The position numbers and the translations under genes are program-made. A stretch of DNA of 64,000 nucleotides from Macrostomum lignano (lineage: Eukaryota), in assembly GCA_002269645.1 (NCBI GenBank), contig NIVC01002369.1:115847-179846 (forward strand), in the 5' to 3' direction. The notes beneath the pieces were generated by a model. It saw only the letters and a list, made by a program, of their open reading frames with translations. It had not been told where the DNA came from and did no database searches. This document shows positions 1-12,533 of this stretch, piece by piece (the first letter of the stretch is position 1; the number at the start of each line of letters is the position of its first letter).

Positions 1-1312
1 TCAGACTTTTATGTATCCCGAGCATTTTTCAAAATCGGAAAATGCGAAAAAAATTAGTATTCAGACGTTTCACTTCTCCAATTAATTTGAATAACTCTGA
101 TTGCGTACTTTACTCTTAGGGAAATTCAGTAGTTTCTATTACAGACGGCTAGCTAGAGAAATATCAAGCACTCAATCGAAGTACCTGGCGTTACATTACA
201 ATTCGGAAATCAACTTTCAATATTTTCCAATACTTTAAGTGTGTACTCACGGTGCGCTGTTACCATTAAAGCACTCTCGGAATTGAGTTTTGGCTGCTGT
301 ATTTTGGAGGTTTGCCATGGTTTTGCGAAAAGTTATCATCTTTATCAGAGATTATAGCTACATGAAAGTATTGAGGTCGGCTGAGTGCTCTATTATAATT
401 TATATGTAGATGTCAAGCTATTTCCAAAAGGCAAATTATAATTCAGAGGTAGAGTGGAATAAGACTAATAGACTAGTAGACTAAGTAGATAGTAAAGATC
501 TCATCAACCAGGCCAATCTTTAACTAATCAGAATTTCAATTCAACTGATCGACGATTGCGTTGAAAATCGAGCTCTACATTCGAAAGAGCTCTACCTCTA
601 CACCTTTTAATTTCAGTTTTGAACAATCAGCAACCAGTTTTAATTTTCTGGCATCCAATAATTCCGACACTTTTTGGTTGTGACAGCTTCGATTTTCAAA
701 CAGTTTCGACAAACTGCGATGCAGATTCGACAGTTGACATTACATTTCCAACAAACATTCAATCAGTTCTAACAATTGCCAACCAATTCCGTCAAATAGG
801 GGTAGAAATTTTCCTGTTGGCGCATTATCGTTTTTTCTGGTTGAAATTTCCATTCCACAAATTCTATTTCAATCGATATTTTTCAATCGATAAAGACGAG
901 TAAATTAGGCACTAAATATAGGCAAAGTATCTTCTCCAAACCTTTTACATTAAAATGTATTGACTTTCTTTTACAGGTGGGCCTGAGCCCTGAGATGTAT
1001 GTATACACAAGCAAATCGAAAGAGACAAAAACAAGCAACCTAATCAACCGTAAGAACATCAATGTTCTTTCTTTCAATACTGAATATCGGTATTGGCAAT
1101 ATGGCAATATCAATAACCAAAGATGCAAAGAAAGATAAAAAATATAAGTCTGAATGGAAATTACAACATTACAAATGTATTTGAATTTACGGACTTCTTG
1201 AACTTTAGGTAGATACAATAGTTGCAGTTTTGATAGGATCATAATTTTGTCACTAAATGGGTTTTTATGGTGCTGATTTCAAATTTGAGCTTAATTTTTT
1301 CGTAGCTTAAAG

Positions 1313-1965
1313 CCAACCACCGGGACATGGGAAATGGGGGGTTTTAGGGTGGGGAGAATCTTCGTGGGAATTGATTTTATCTACTTAAACTTCAATAGAG
1401 GCATGGGGATCTATTGAAGATTAGATAGGTAAATTCTGAACCCAAGGGGGGGGTCTGATGAGGGGGGTCTGACAAGGGGGGGGGGGTGGGCTGATAACTA
1501 CCAACCACTGGGACATGGGGAATGGGGGGTTTTAGGGTGGGGAAAATCTTCATGGGGATTGATTTTACCTACCTAAACTTCAATAGAGGCATGGGGGTCT
1601 ATTGTAGATTAGGTAGGTAAATTCTAAACCTAAGGGGGGTCTGATGAGGGGGGGGTGGGCCAATAACCACCAACCAATAGGACATAGGGAATGGGGGTTT
1701 GGGTTTAGGATAGGGAGAATCTTCATCGGGATTGATTTTACCTACCTAAACTTCAATAGAGGCATGGGGGTCTATTGTAGATTAGGTAGGTAAATTCTAA
1801 ACCTAAGGGGGGTCTGATGAGGGGGGTGGGCCAATAACCACCAACCAATAGGACATAGGGAATGGGGATTTGGGTTTAGGATAGGGAGAATCTTCATCGG
1901 GATTGATTTTACCTACCTTAACTTTAATAGAGGCATTGGGGTCTATTGTAGATTAGGTAGATAAA
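1313..1965. repeat. Tandem repeat, ~3.7 units of 169-188 bp, each with an internal ~24-27 bp stem hairpin
   Basis: Units start ccaacca at 1313, 1501, 1670 and 1841. Units 2-4 contain tttacctacctaaacttcaataga-ggcatggggg-tctattgtagattaggtaggtaaa or a close variant (arms pair with 2 mismatches in 24); unit 1 is more diverged. Long G runs on the + strand. Confidence 0.9.
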
Positions 1966-3544
1966 TTCGGAGACTGAGGGTTCCAGAGTGGAAATGTAAT
2001 GAAGCTTAAATAAAACATTCAGCAAGTTATCAACACCTCCATCGAGAAAAATTATAATCTTATCAAAGTAATTGATATCAGCAGCTATATTACCTTTCAG
2101 AATAGAGAAGACAACGCAGATTAGTAGACATTAAGTATACGTAAACATTTAAAGAATGTACAGCTAGTCACAACCATGAGAGAACAATAGCGAATCAAAA
2201 GCAGGAGGCGAGGGCGGTGGCGAACCCGCTTAAAAATTGAAGCCGATCTAGGAATGACAGTTAAGATCGCTTCCAAGTTAAACTGACGTTTAAATTCATT
2301 GCACTTCAACAATGCCTTCAGATGCGCCGCGCAATAGCTGCGGCTGAGCTGTCGGTTGCACATCGGCCGATTGGGCAGGTGTAATCAATTATTATTTTAT
2401 TATTACTTTAACAAAGCACGGTCAAAAAAGTGAAAAAATGACTGTTAAACTTAGCTAACTGTAAATAAATTTTAAAGTTTAAAGTTAAAATATTAGGCTG
2501 AACTTCTGTACACACATAAATGAAACACAGCATGAAAAGTAATAGATCTGAATGTTTTCGCGCGCTGCTCAGATAGTTTTTATTTTACAAGCGCGCGCAT
2601 TCACTTGTATTATGAACTGTCGAATTATTGCGCGCAATCTTTTGGGACATAACTTTCAGACCTTAATCTATAAGATTTTACTACAGCCGCATCTGGGGCA
2701 TGAGTTTAAAATTTTGACGCGGCTGAGACGCGGCAGCAACATGGAAGTGCGCATTCTCAGTTTTTGCCTCAATCTCGAAATTAGCTTTCTTTTGTTCATT
2801 TCTACTATTTAAAGGGTATTAATAACCAAAATAATTAAAGATCTAAGCGATAGGTGTGCAACTATACTACTAGTTACTGTTTAGTCCTTGGTTTGTGTTT
2901 CTTGCTATTTATAAAGAAAAGATAATTTTTATATAATATATCTTTTGAATTCTGTCTTGAAACTTTCATAGTAAAAGACACATTTGTAATGAACGTGCAA
3001 CCGAGAGAAAAACGTGTATTATTCAAGAGTGCCAAAAAGCATATTATATAGAGGGGCGAGGGGGGCTGAGCAATCGATAGCAACGTACATGATTGGGGGA
3101 CGGGGCGGCTGGGGCGCAGATGTGCGTACAATAAATTATAGTTACAAGTGCATCACTGACATCTCTCTTCTAATAGCAAAAATCGAGAGGAATTAAAATC
3201 AATTATTCATAGAATTATCACTAATCACTCCTTTCTAATAGCAAAAAATCGAGAGGAATTAAAATCAATGGCTCGAAGGAATTATCGCTTCCAAAACATT
3301 TCATTATTTGCGCATTAGACATGTGCGAAAACTCAAAAAATATTTCTTTTAAAACAAATGAAAAAAAAATACTTTTTTAAATATTTTTAGACAAAAAAAA
3401 CAACAACGAAATTCGATTTAGATAAGGAATAAAAATATTTGGAATATTTTCTCAGCAACAAAGTCAGCGGATTAACCCTAATCTTTGCATAAAAAATCCA
3501 TGCAACAGTCCTTGAAAACAAACAAAAGTCACTGTCCCTATCAC

Positions 3545-5317
3545 TCACACGTCATGTCTGTAGCGGAGAGGCGGAATGCCCTTTGTGGTTCTGGCAGAGC
3601 GGCGGAGTGGCTCTTCAGGCTCCGCAAGATCTGATGCCGCCAACTCATCGCCGGCCGGAGCCGCCTGGGCCGCCAGCTGGACGTCTTCGGCTTCAGCAGT
3701 GGACTGCTGCGGCGGCACTGGTCGCAGGTCCCGGCGATTGCGAATCAGCTCCCTGCCGCTTTGAGTCAGCAGTCGGTAGTTGCGGTGCTCCGGGTTAGCT
3801 TGCGTCACAACGGCTGGCTCCCATCTGAAACCGTGCCGAAAACGAACTGCATCTCCCTGATTCAGTGTTGAGAGCGGTCGGGCTTGCTGGTCGTAGTGCC
3901 GTTTTTGAGCAGCCTGCAGCGGGGCTTTAGAGAATCCGGTTGTTCTGTCTTTGAGCAGCGCCTCCTCACCTGCTGGCAGCTTCGTACGAATCAACCGACC
4001 GAACATGAGCTCGCTGGGGCTGGTGCTCGTACCGCTAATTGGTGAAGCTCGATATTCCATTAGCGCAATTTCAGGCTGATCAGCTTTCCTCAGGATGCTC
4101 TTTGCCACTTTGACTGCCTTTTCAGCCATCCCGTTGGACTGAGGATATCCGGGTGACGAGCGCGTGTGCACGAAACCAAACTGTGCAGCAAACTCTTGAA
4201 ACTTAAACGAGCTGAATGGGGGCCCATTGTCACTGACCAGCTCTTCGACGATACCGAACCTGGCGAACATCGACTTAATTCGAGCAATCACCAAGTCAGC
4301 TCCAGACTGTTGACCTAACTTTGCCAGTTCGATCCAGTTGCTGTAATAACAGGTAACGATTAGCCACTTGTCACCATTGAAGTCCAGCAGATCACAACCA
4401 ACCTTGGTCCATGGTGCATTCGGAATCTGATGGTTCAACAGCGGTTCCTTTGGGTTGGCCGGCTGAAAAGTTTGACAAGTGCTGCAGTTCTTCACGAAGT
4501 TCTTAATGTCCGCTGACATGCCTGGCCAGTACAGAATTTGACGAGCTCGGGCCTCCGTCTTGCCCGCGCCACCATGACCTTCGTGTAAAATTTGCAGAAT
4601 CTTTTGCCGCAACGATGCTGGAACAATAACGCGGTCCAACTTCATCAGCACGCCATCATTGTAGGTCAAGTCCTCCTTGAAGCTCCAATACGGACGGACA
4701 GAGTGGCAAATGTTCCGAAAGTTGCTTGGCCAACCCGTCTGAACAAACCGGGCTACAGAACTTAAGTCCGAATCTTTGCGGGTCTCGTCTCGGATTTCTT
4801 GCAAACGAATGGCAGAAATCGGGAGGCTCATTTGATGCACCTCCACCTCAATTTCGTCGTCTAGAGCAGCCTCGGCCTCCGGAAGGTAAGCTCTTGAAAG
4901 CGTATCGGCAATCAGCATCTTGGATCCCGGTGCCCAGGATACACGCAGATTATATCTTTTGAGTTGGTAAAGCATTCGAGCAATGCGTGGCGGAACATGC
5001 AGCAAGTCACGCTTAAAAATAACCTCCAGGGGCTTGTGGTCTGTAGTCACTCGTACTACTGGTAGGCCATAGATGTAGTCATGAAATTTCTTGCAAGCAA
5101 TAACGACGGCCAGAGTCTCCTTCTCAATCTGAGCATAGTTCTTTTGCGTGTTGGTCAGCGCAGCCGATCCATACGCCACAGGCTGTCCATTCTGGAGCAA
5201 AACGCAACCAACTCCGACCGATGAACTGTCAACTTGAAGCTCAACTTCCATATCGGCGTCAAACAACCTTAGCACAGGAGCGTCCGACAGAACATCTTTT
5301 AGCTTCTCAAAAGCGAA
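3545..5317 (-). mobile_element. Ty3/Gypsy (Mag/K02A2.6-like) pol fragment: RT connection/RNase H plus integrase
   Basis: 576-aa ORF, extendable upstream to FAFEKLKDVLSDAPVL. RNase H motifs VDSSSVGVGCVLLQ, NYAQIEKETLA, TDHKPL, IADTLSR. Integrase HHCC (HEGH...CSTC) and DDE core (GCDL, SDNGPPF, QSNGMAEKAV). RNase H before integrase is the Gypsy order. Abrupt switch to AT-rich DNA at both ends; no RT core and no clear LTR. Confidence 0.95.
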
Positions 5318-6051
5318 TTATGTTTGATAATTATACTAATCTATATATATTAGCAAAATTTTAATTGCATTGTTCTAATAAAAAATAATAGTTAGAAATC
5401 TATAAAAAAGCATTACTTTTTGTTCCTCTATCCTCAATTTTAGCAGCCAAAAGTTTTAAAATGTAAGAACTATTTCAGCTTTTAGGTAGCTTCATTTTAA
5501 ATAGATATTTTTCATACATATTTGAAATAAACAACTAAAATGGTTCACCGTTTTATAGTCACTCAAAATCCTGCTTATCAATGAAAGTTCCTTTCGAGGC
5601 ATTTAGAATTCAGTATTGAATCATTATAAATCAATAAATAACTTTAAATCATTAAATCACAAAAATAACCTGTTTGCATGCACTTGCATTTGCACTTTGA
5701 GCTCCCATCGTTTGATTTTTATCATCAGTAGTATTTTGTCCTTGTTATTTTCATAAAATATTTTTAATTGTGATTAGTGACTTCTAGCTTTATCATGTCA
5801 GATAAAAAGCAATGTATAAGCTGTTGGGCATGTAGAAGCCATCAAAAGCGATCATAATTTTCTTGAATAATATAGGTATATATGTCTGGAACAAGTAGAA
5901 AGTTTAAAAAGTACTAACTGTAAAGTTGTAAAACTGCCAAAGTTGGTAGAAGAAACACAAAAGCTAATAAAAAATGTGCTTCACAAAAATAGTGCAGTAC
6001 CATCGAAAAATATGACTAATTTTATTTTCACTGTCCTTGCAGTTATTTCAG

Positions 6052-7290
6052 GTTGCACATGGAGCACCAATTAAACAAATGGTTTGTAGTTCGCTTTGCT
6101 CAGAATGCGATGCAAGCCGTCAATGAACAGGACTTGTGCGTCATTACTGCAGCGAGCAAAGAAGAGGCTCCTCTACGTCTATGCTACGGGAGGAAAGTAC
6201 ATGTAGCCGTAGCTGGACGCTCCTCGAGCAGTTTACAACCCGGGACTCTGATGGTCCCTGCTTTGCCTACCTTTGCGCTGATCAGGAACTGCCTCCCAAT
6301 CATGGAATAGAGACGGTGAGAATGATATGCTGGACAGCGCCTGGCACTTATTTGTTACAGTAGGCGGCTAGCTTGCAAAACTATAGATGAGAAAATGTGG
6401 TATTAGCGGTACAGTATTTGTGTTATGTTTTGTTTTATGAATTTCCCTAACTTTTTAGGGGCACCGAAAATCGGCAACGTGCGACTGGAGCAGATGAACA
6501 AAAAGCTCGATAAGTTGATCGAATTGTGCAGGGCGCCCAGAGTCACGGTGGTAGGACGGTTGGACAGGCTTACACAAGAAAACACGCCTGAGGCTGAACC
6601 ACAGGACAGGTTGATGGAGGAGCAAAATGGCATCGCGACTGGACAGGACGGCGATGAGGCGGCATGTAACATGTAATCTGGTTGAGGAGCTCCCGGCCGT
6701 AACAATAAACAAACGGTGACTCGACATCGCCATTCAGGCTAATGCTGCTGCGCTCGATGCTACGGCAGCCACCAAGCCTGTTACTAAGGAGCTGCTACAG
6801 CTAATCGAACTAATAGGTATGGAGCCTTATCACTTTCTACGAAAAAGGCATTTTCCAGATTTTTTCAAACTTTATTCACAATGTCTGTCACTTCCTTGCA
6901 AATATAAAGAAATGATTATCATAATTTGAAGTTTTAGGTTTTGCAATTTTATAATAATAAAAGCGCACTAAAGGTTCGCCATTTATAAAAGTTAAAGTTC
7001 AACGGCACATTTATATTTGCTGTTTATTATCATATTTCAGGTCGTGATGCTCTTACATGCGACTCCGGGTCCTATATGCAAGGACTACTTAAGTAGAAGG
7101 ACGCAAGACTCAGAATTGGTGAAAATTTCATTGGAGGCCGATTTTTCAATGTATCTCCTGTGTACGCTATTGATCGACAATCCTCCGCACCAGTACTGAG
7201 GCCCAGCTTGAAATGGCGAAGACGCTAGCTGTCCGCGGCGACTTACTCGACGAGCTGCTCGCCCCCTAGAAGCTAAGTGTGTCAGCTAAC
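6052..7290 (+). pseudogene. Decayed spliced gene remnant, possibly a coiled-coil plus BEN-like domain protein
   Basis: Three GC-richer blocks are bounded by canonical splice signals: acceptor 6050-51, donor gtgaga 6316, acceptor 6457-58, donor gtatgg 6817, acceptor 7039-40. Peptides KWFVVRF...AVNEQDL, RLEQMNKKLDKLIELC, and VTKELLQLIELI/GRDAL across the second intron. Stops and frameshifts prevent a single ORF. The BEN assignment is resemblance only. Confidence 0.35.
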
Positions 7291-9536
7291 TGCATTCATT
7301 TACAAAAAATCTTATAACATAAAAATTTGGATATAATTGCGATTCCCAAAAAACACAGCTTTTTATTGCTTATTTTCTTCAGTTTCTACTTATAGACATA
7401 TCGTGAATACATTCACGCATTCGCTCTTTCCCACGCGCATCTCCACTGCTCACTGTTCATTTTTCTTACATTATGGTTAAAATTAAATAAAGAAATAATC
7501 GAGATTGGAGACTGTGTAAAAATTAAGAAAAAATTCTACGTTTTTGTCATTAAACAGACTCGTATCCGTGATAAGAGTTATGTACTTTTGTTAAATTTAA
7601 TAGTGTGAGAGCTAGCGTTGCTACGGTGAGCAAAATACGGCTGAGATTCGGCGTCAGGGCTTCTAAATATGAAATTCCTGATTTACTACTGCAAAAAACT
7701 TTGCGCACTACTAACCGCAGTAGATAAATTCGGACATAACTCCTAAATTTTCGCGACGCTCATTAAATTAAACAATTCTTCTGTCTTCCTACTTTAACTA
7801 GGAACGTCTTCCAACTTACCTGATTGGCTGCAGCTAACATGGAAGAATAAGTGATTTTAAACTAGCGAATATGGATTCCATTTTCTATGCGGGAACCGTG
7901 AGTCAGCATTTTTTAAAAACACTAATTTGACGTAGCATTCTGATGCACTATAACAAACTGAGTGAAGATAAATTAGAATAGACACTCCTTTTATTAGAGT
8001 TAAAAGTTTAACCTCCTTAATTTTTTTTACAATGAATTTATCATAAACTTACCTTTGAGAGCCATGATTCTAAAAAAGTTTAATTTTCAAACATACAATT
8101 CTCCGAAACTACTTGCATCAAATTATCATTAATTACATTGGGGATTAACAAATTGAGCTCCTGTTAACTCTGACGGTATTTTTTTGCAGTTTTCTTTGCT
8201 TTATTATCACTTTGGACAGCCTCTAAGACTCAGGCAAAAGTTTTAGAAAAATCGGAAAATCGGAAGTATTTTACGTACCTAAAGTTCAAGAAGTCCGAAT
8301 GTACTTAAATGCCTAATTAATCTCTTTGTTTATCAGTGGCGTAGCCAGGAATTTCAATCAAGGACCACTGTAGTAGAAGGACTCGGCACTAACGAAACAC
8401 GGAAAAAATTTTGAAGGCTGAAATTTCGCACGCTTTGTGTCTGACTAGGGCTAGGCCTATACTTGCTCGCCATTTGTGTGCAAATTGCAACCACATTTTT
8501 TTAATTCTCTGCTAGCTAGGCCTACTCGAATTCTTAACTAAGCCAATAATATATGGCCATATTCAAACTTTGTATGCTTTTTGAGGGTTTAATTATGTTT
8601 CACACGCATAGCATTGTAGTAAGGTGCTTCGATTTGTCAGAATTTTTGGCTGGCTGTGTTAGCCAGATATGAACTTACTGTTACTTATACTACTCCACTA
8701 ATTGACCCAGATCACTAAGAAGAAAGCTATTTTGCTTTTATAATAGAACTTGTATTTCTTCCTTTGATTACTTATTGGAATTAATGGTTGAATTTGCTTT
8801 GATTGTAGTGATTGCAATGCATTGCATTTAGTAGTTTGTATGTAGGCCTATTCAATAAATCAACTGAGTTGATACCTAATCATTTATGTAGAGCAAATAT
8901 AAGTCCTCTGCTACCTTTACAAGTAATTTAATAGCTATTATAGTATACAGTTATCATATTCAAGCTACATTGCCTATAGGCCTAGGCTATATTCATAATT
9001 TAAGTTTACTTATTTTTACATTTAAAAAGTTTTTTTAATTTGAGTTTAAATCATTATAATATAATGACAATGTATTCATATCAGGCCTATATTAAATTAA
9101 TGGAATAGATAAAACTATTATAAACAAAATTGAATGCAGGTATATGTTAGCAGGTTAAATAATTTTATTTAGATTTGAAATAACTTTATACATAGGCGGG
9201 GTAGGCCCTAATTTTATTTATTACTTTACTTTTCTAAACATATGTTGTAGGCGTGGTTGCTCTCACTGAAATTATCCCACCACCTGGCTACCAAAGTTGT
9301 TGTAGGGGTTACTTCTGTCCTCCAACTATCCCACTAAATGCCACCAAGTTGTAACAGTGGTTATTGTTCTTTCTATTTAAATCTCTACTGCTGACACCAA
9401 AGTTGTTATAGGGCTAACTTCCTACACTAATCTTTAATTGTTCTTGTTAAGTTGGTAGCTGCCACCAGGATTATTCCATTAATAAATTATAAGTTTATCA
9501 ATATTAGAATAATCCGACAAATTTTTCTTAGAATGG

Positions 9537-9630
9537 GTCTGAGTATTTAGTCTGTGTATTTAGTCTGAGTATTTAGTCTGTGTATTTAGTCTGAGTATTT
9601 AGTCTGAGTATTTAGTCTGAGTATTAGTCT
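9537..9630. repeat. 13-bp minisatellite (gtctg[a/t]gtattta) x~7
   Basis: Read directly in the sequence; lies inside the 8334-11885 element. Confidence 0.9.
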
Positions 9631-10538
9631 TAGAAAACTGTTAGCCCTTAAAGATTTTACTCCTCTGTTATTCTGGTAGCGTTTATTCTGATTCTGGTAA
9701 TGTTTACTGTACTTTTGGCCTAAGTGGTCTATTGGCTATACTGGTATATGTATTCCATGTACTGTGCAAGTCCTTGGGCATTACCAAGATCAGAGGGTCA
9801 CAGCCTCCAGTTATCTTACATGTATTACTTCAGATCTACTTTGCAACTTCTTACTACTCAACACTTTCCTTCTCAGTAGTATGTACTGTATATGCTTCAG
9901 TCTATTTCACTCTTATTTCTACAAATGAATAACTCAGAAAATGGCTTCTCTTATATTTATTTTGAAAAACACTCCTTTCTTATTATTCTCACTTCTTTTG
10001 TAGGAACTGCACGAAGGCAAGATGCTCTCCTCTTGGCTCAGATTGCGTCTATTTATACTAAAATTTGCTACAGTTTTAAACAAAAATTCATTAGCGCAAA
10101 ATATTATAGAAAATACGAGTAGTAAAACAAAATATGTTTCTTAGTTTTTGGCATGAATTCAAATTGACTAAATGGTGACTATTTTATAAAGAAATCGGGA
10201 GGGGCCCTGCACACATACATAGCAAAATATTGGATAAAAGCTAGGCCTATTCAATTCAAGGTCTTTATACCATACTTTTAATATTGCTTAGCATAAGTTT
10301 AGGCTATATTTGGTTCATTATGCATGCATGCTAAAATTAAAAATATATAGGCCCCTTAGTTCAACAAGCATTGTAAGCTATTTAAAAAAAAATTTGGCTT
10401 ACCTTTTTATACTATAACCCTTCAAATGCTTTCATTGGCTACTTAGTATTAATAAAAATTCAAAACACAATTTTTTATTTTTTTCATAAAACCCTCTATA
10501 ACTAGAATCATAAAAATTTCAGGATACACCCAATTCCT

Positions 10539-10658
10539 ATGAAGTGCTGTGTCCCAGGATGCAACAGCAACTATCCCACTGGTGGTAGAAAAAGAATGCA
10601 AGGTTTCAAGGCCATCTCCTTGCAATGGACAGTGATTGCAGAACTAGTACCAGTGTAG
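10539..10658 (+). pseudogene. THAP zinc-finger N-terminal remnant
   Basis: MKCCVPGCNSNYPTGGRKRMQGFKAISLQWTVIAELVPV* matches the THAP start C-C-V-P-G-C-x-S-N-Y...F...W. The C-terminal C-x-x-H is lost. Preceded by the acceptor-like aatttcag at 10522. Confidence 0.6.
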
Positions 10659-12345
10659 CCTACTGCCTACTACTGTTGGACCATGCTCTCTAGGCTATTG
10701 AGTTGTCTGTAAAATTATTACCCTTCTCTTCATTCTCACTTCCCCTACTCACTACTATCCCCTCACTCTATCCTCCTCTCAACTTCCTTCCTCACTGTCC
10801 CTTCACTCTCCCCTCCTTATACTCTCCCCTGACTTGGTCTATATTGTTTCTAGTCTGTTGGTATTAAAAATGACATTCCACACTGTTTCAGTATAGCCAC
10901 CAATCTATTGGTTATAAATGGCCTTACAGTTACCTTTTATGCATTGTTTACAGAGTTCAGTCAATTTATGTTTTTTTAAGAATGTTTCATGTTTTGATCC
11001 AAAGTTTCTACTGATCTTGCATTTCATCTTTATTTGTGTTTGCTTATTTTTCATGCATGTTGTCATAATTTTTTTCTAGTACATTTTTCAATAAATGGCT
11101 ACCAGTACCAGACTATTTAAACATTAAGATTTTTTCAAATGAGATCTTGTACAATGACATTATTGTGTTCAAAATTCATATATAAACCTTTACTAAATTA
11201 TTTTTGCACAGTTTACTATGCGCATGTCTAACATCTGTACAGACAATAAGTGCAGATATACAGATCGACTGTACATGTTCTGGGGGCTGGCTGAGTACCT
11301 GCTGCTCTGGTCTATTTAATCCCTTACTGGAAACCTCTCAATGCATCACAGAAGAAATCAACAAATAGAAGTGAGCAGTAGTGATGCAAACTCATGCAAT
11401 ATGCGAAAAGCATTAGCTGTATCACTGTGCTATGAGAGTGCTGTACAAAACTCTTCATTTTAAGTTGCAAACATCACTAAAAGAGGTGGAAAGGTCAGCC
11501 AATGTTCTTGGAACATTCAGCTGCTCATGTGGTTAAAAAATCACCCTAATACCTGTATCTGAAGAGGCAGCATCAAACTTTGAAAATCAGCCTTCAAAAA
11601 ATTTCTCGTGGTTTGTGAGTGCCGAGTCCTTCTACTACAGTGGTCCTTGATTTCAATTTGGTGAGGGGTGGGTTGGCCTAGCTAGCCATACAGTATACCA
11701 TGCCTTATGCCATTGCCACTTTTGGCGCACTCATTTTGGTGCCGCAGGCTCTCATTTCGGCGCCGCAGGCTGTCAGTGTCAGGCACTCAATTGCCTCATG
11801 GTTTTTGGTATTCCCCACACCCAACCCCATCCCCCAGGCGATTGGGGGGGGGGGCAGCCCCCCTGGCCCCCTGGCTATGCCACTGTTGTTTATGAGGATA
11901 ATTATACAAATGTAGCAGCTTCTTACTAATTAACTTTAATAATGAATTAAAATTGTGAACTTTATTGCTTGCATGTGAGTATTAATTGCTTTTATTCCAT
12001 CCTTCCCTATGTTTTGTAACTTTCTGCTATGCCTGCTAATGCTATTAAAACAATCTTAATATTCATACAACATAGGAACATTTTTATTAATAACTAATTA
12101 GCTTAAAGTTTCAAATAAATAAGTTAATTATTTTACCTTATGCTTATTTTAGTAGTATTATGCACACAATATTTTAAATATTATTTATTACTTTTTAGCT
12201 TATAAATTACTTTTAGATGACCTCTGTGTTTTGTTAAAAAGTTAGAAAAGCAATAGAATGTAACAGTGCATTTTAAAATCTATTTTGGAAAAAAGTGTAA
12301 GATTTCTATATTTTATGTGTTAACTTTAATAGATTAATGCTTAAT

Positions 12346-12533
12346 CAGTGGCGCAACCAGGGGGGGCTGGGGGGCAATTGCCCCCCCCCCTTAGGTGGAG
12401 GACCAAAAAAAATCAAATGGGGGACCAAGCAAATTTTTGCCAAAAACAGAGCCACCCCTTTGCCACCCCCCTTCCTGGGATTTTACCTTCAAAATCCGCC
12501 CCCACCCTCGAAAAATTTCTGATTGTGCTACTG
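12346..12533. mobile_element. hAT-like MITE, 188 bp, 8-bp TSD
   Basis: TIR cagtggcgcaaccag versus reverse complement cagtagcacaatcag (12/15). TSD tgcttaat at 12338-12345 and 12534-12541. Confidence 0.9.

Larger units (their letters stand above)
8334..11885. mobile_element. Non-autonomous DNA transposon (hAT- or P-like), 3552 bp, 16-bp TIR, 8-bp TSD
   Basis: Left end cagtggcgtagccagg; right end reverse-complements to cagtggcatagccagg (15/16). TSD ttgtttat at 8326-8333 and 11886-11893. Internal ~66-bp inverted repeat at 8356-8421 and 11587-11652, with a 35-bp perfect core. Confidence 0.9.

Noticed and set aside
619-1242. ORFs 619..903 and 883..1242
   Set aside because: AT-rich, no domain motifs. 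A minus-strand frame looks like decayed coding sequence but cannot be identified.
3168-3269. Local ~65-bp-period direct duplication (ttctaatagcaaaaatcgagaggaattaaaatcaat x2)
   Set aside because: Real, but an ordinary two-copy slippage duplication with no further structure.
3520-3544. gtgatagggac after the pol stop, resembling the S1 LTR start tgtgacagggac
   Set aside because: Only ~10 nt of similarity, no polypurine tract, and no further LTR homology.
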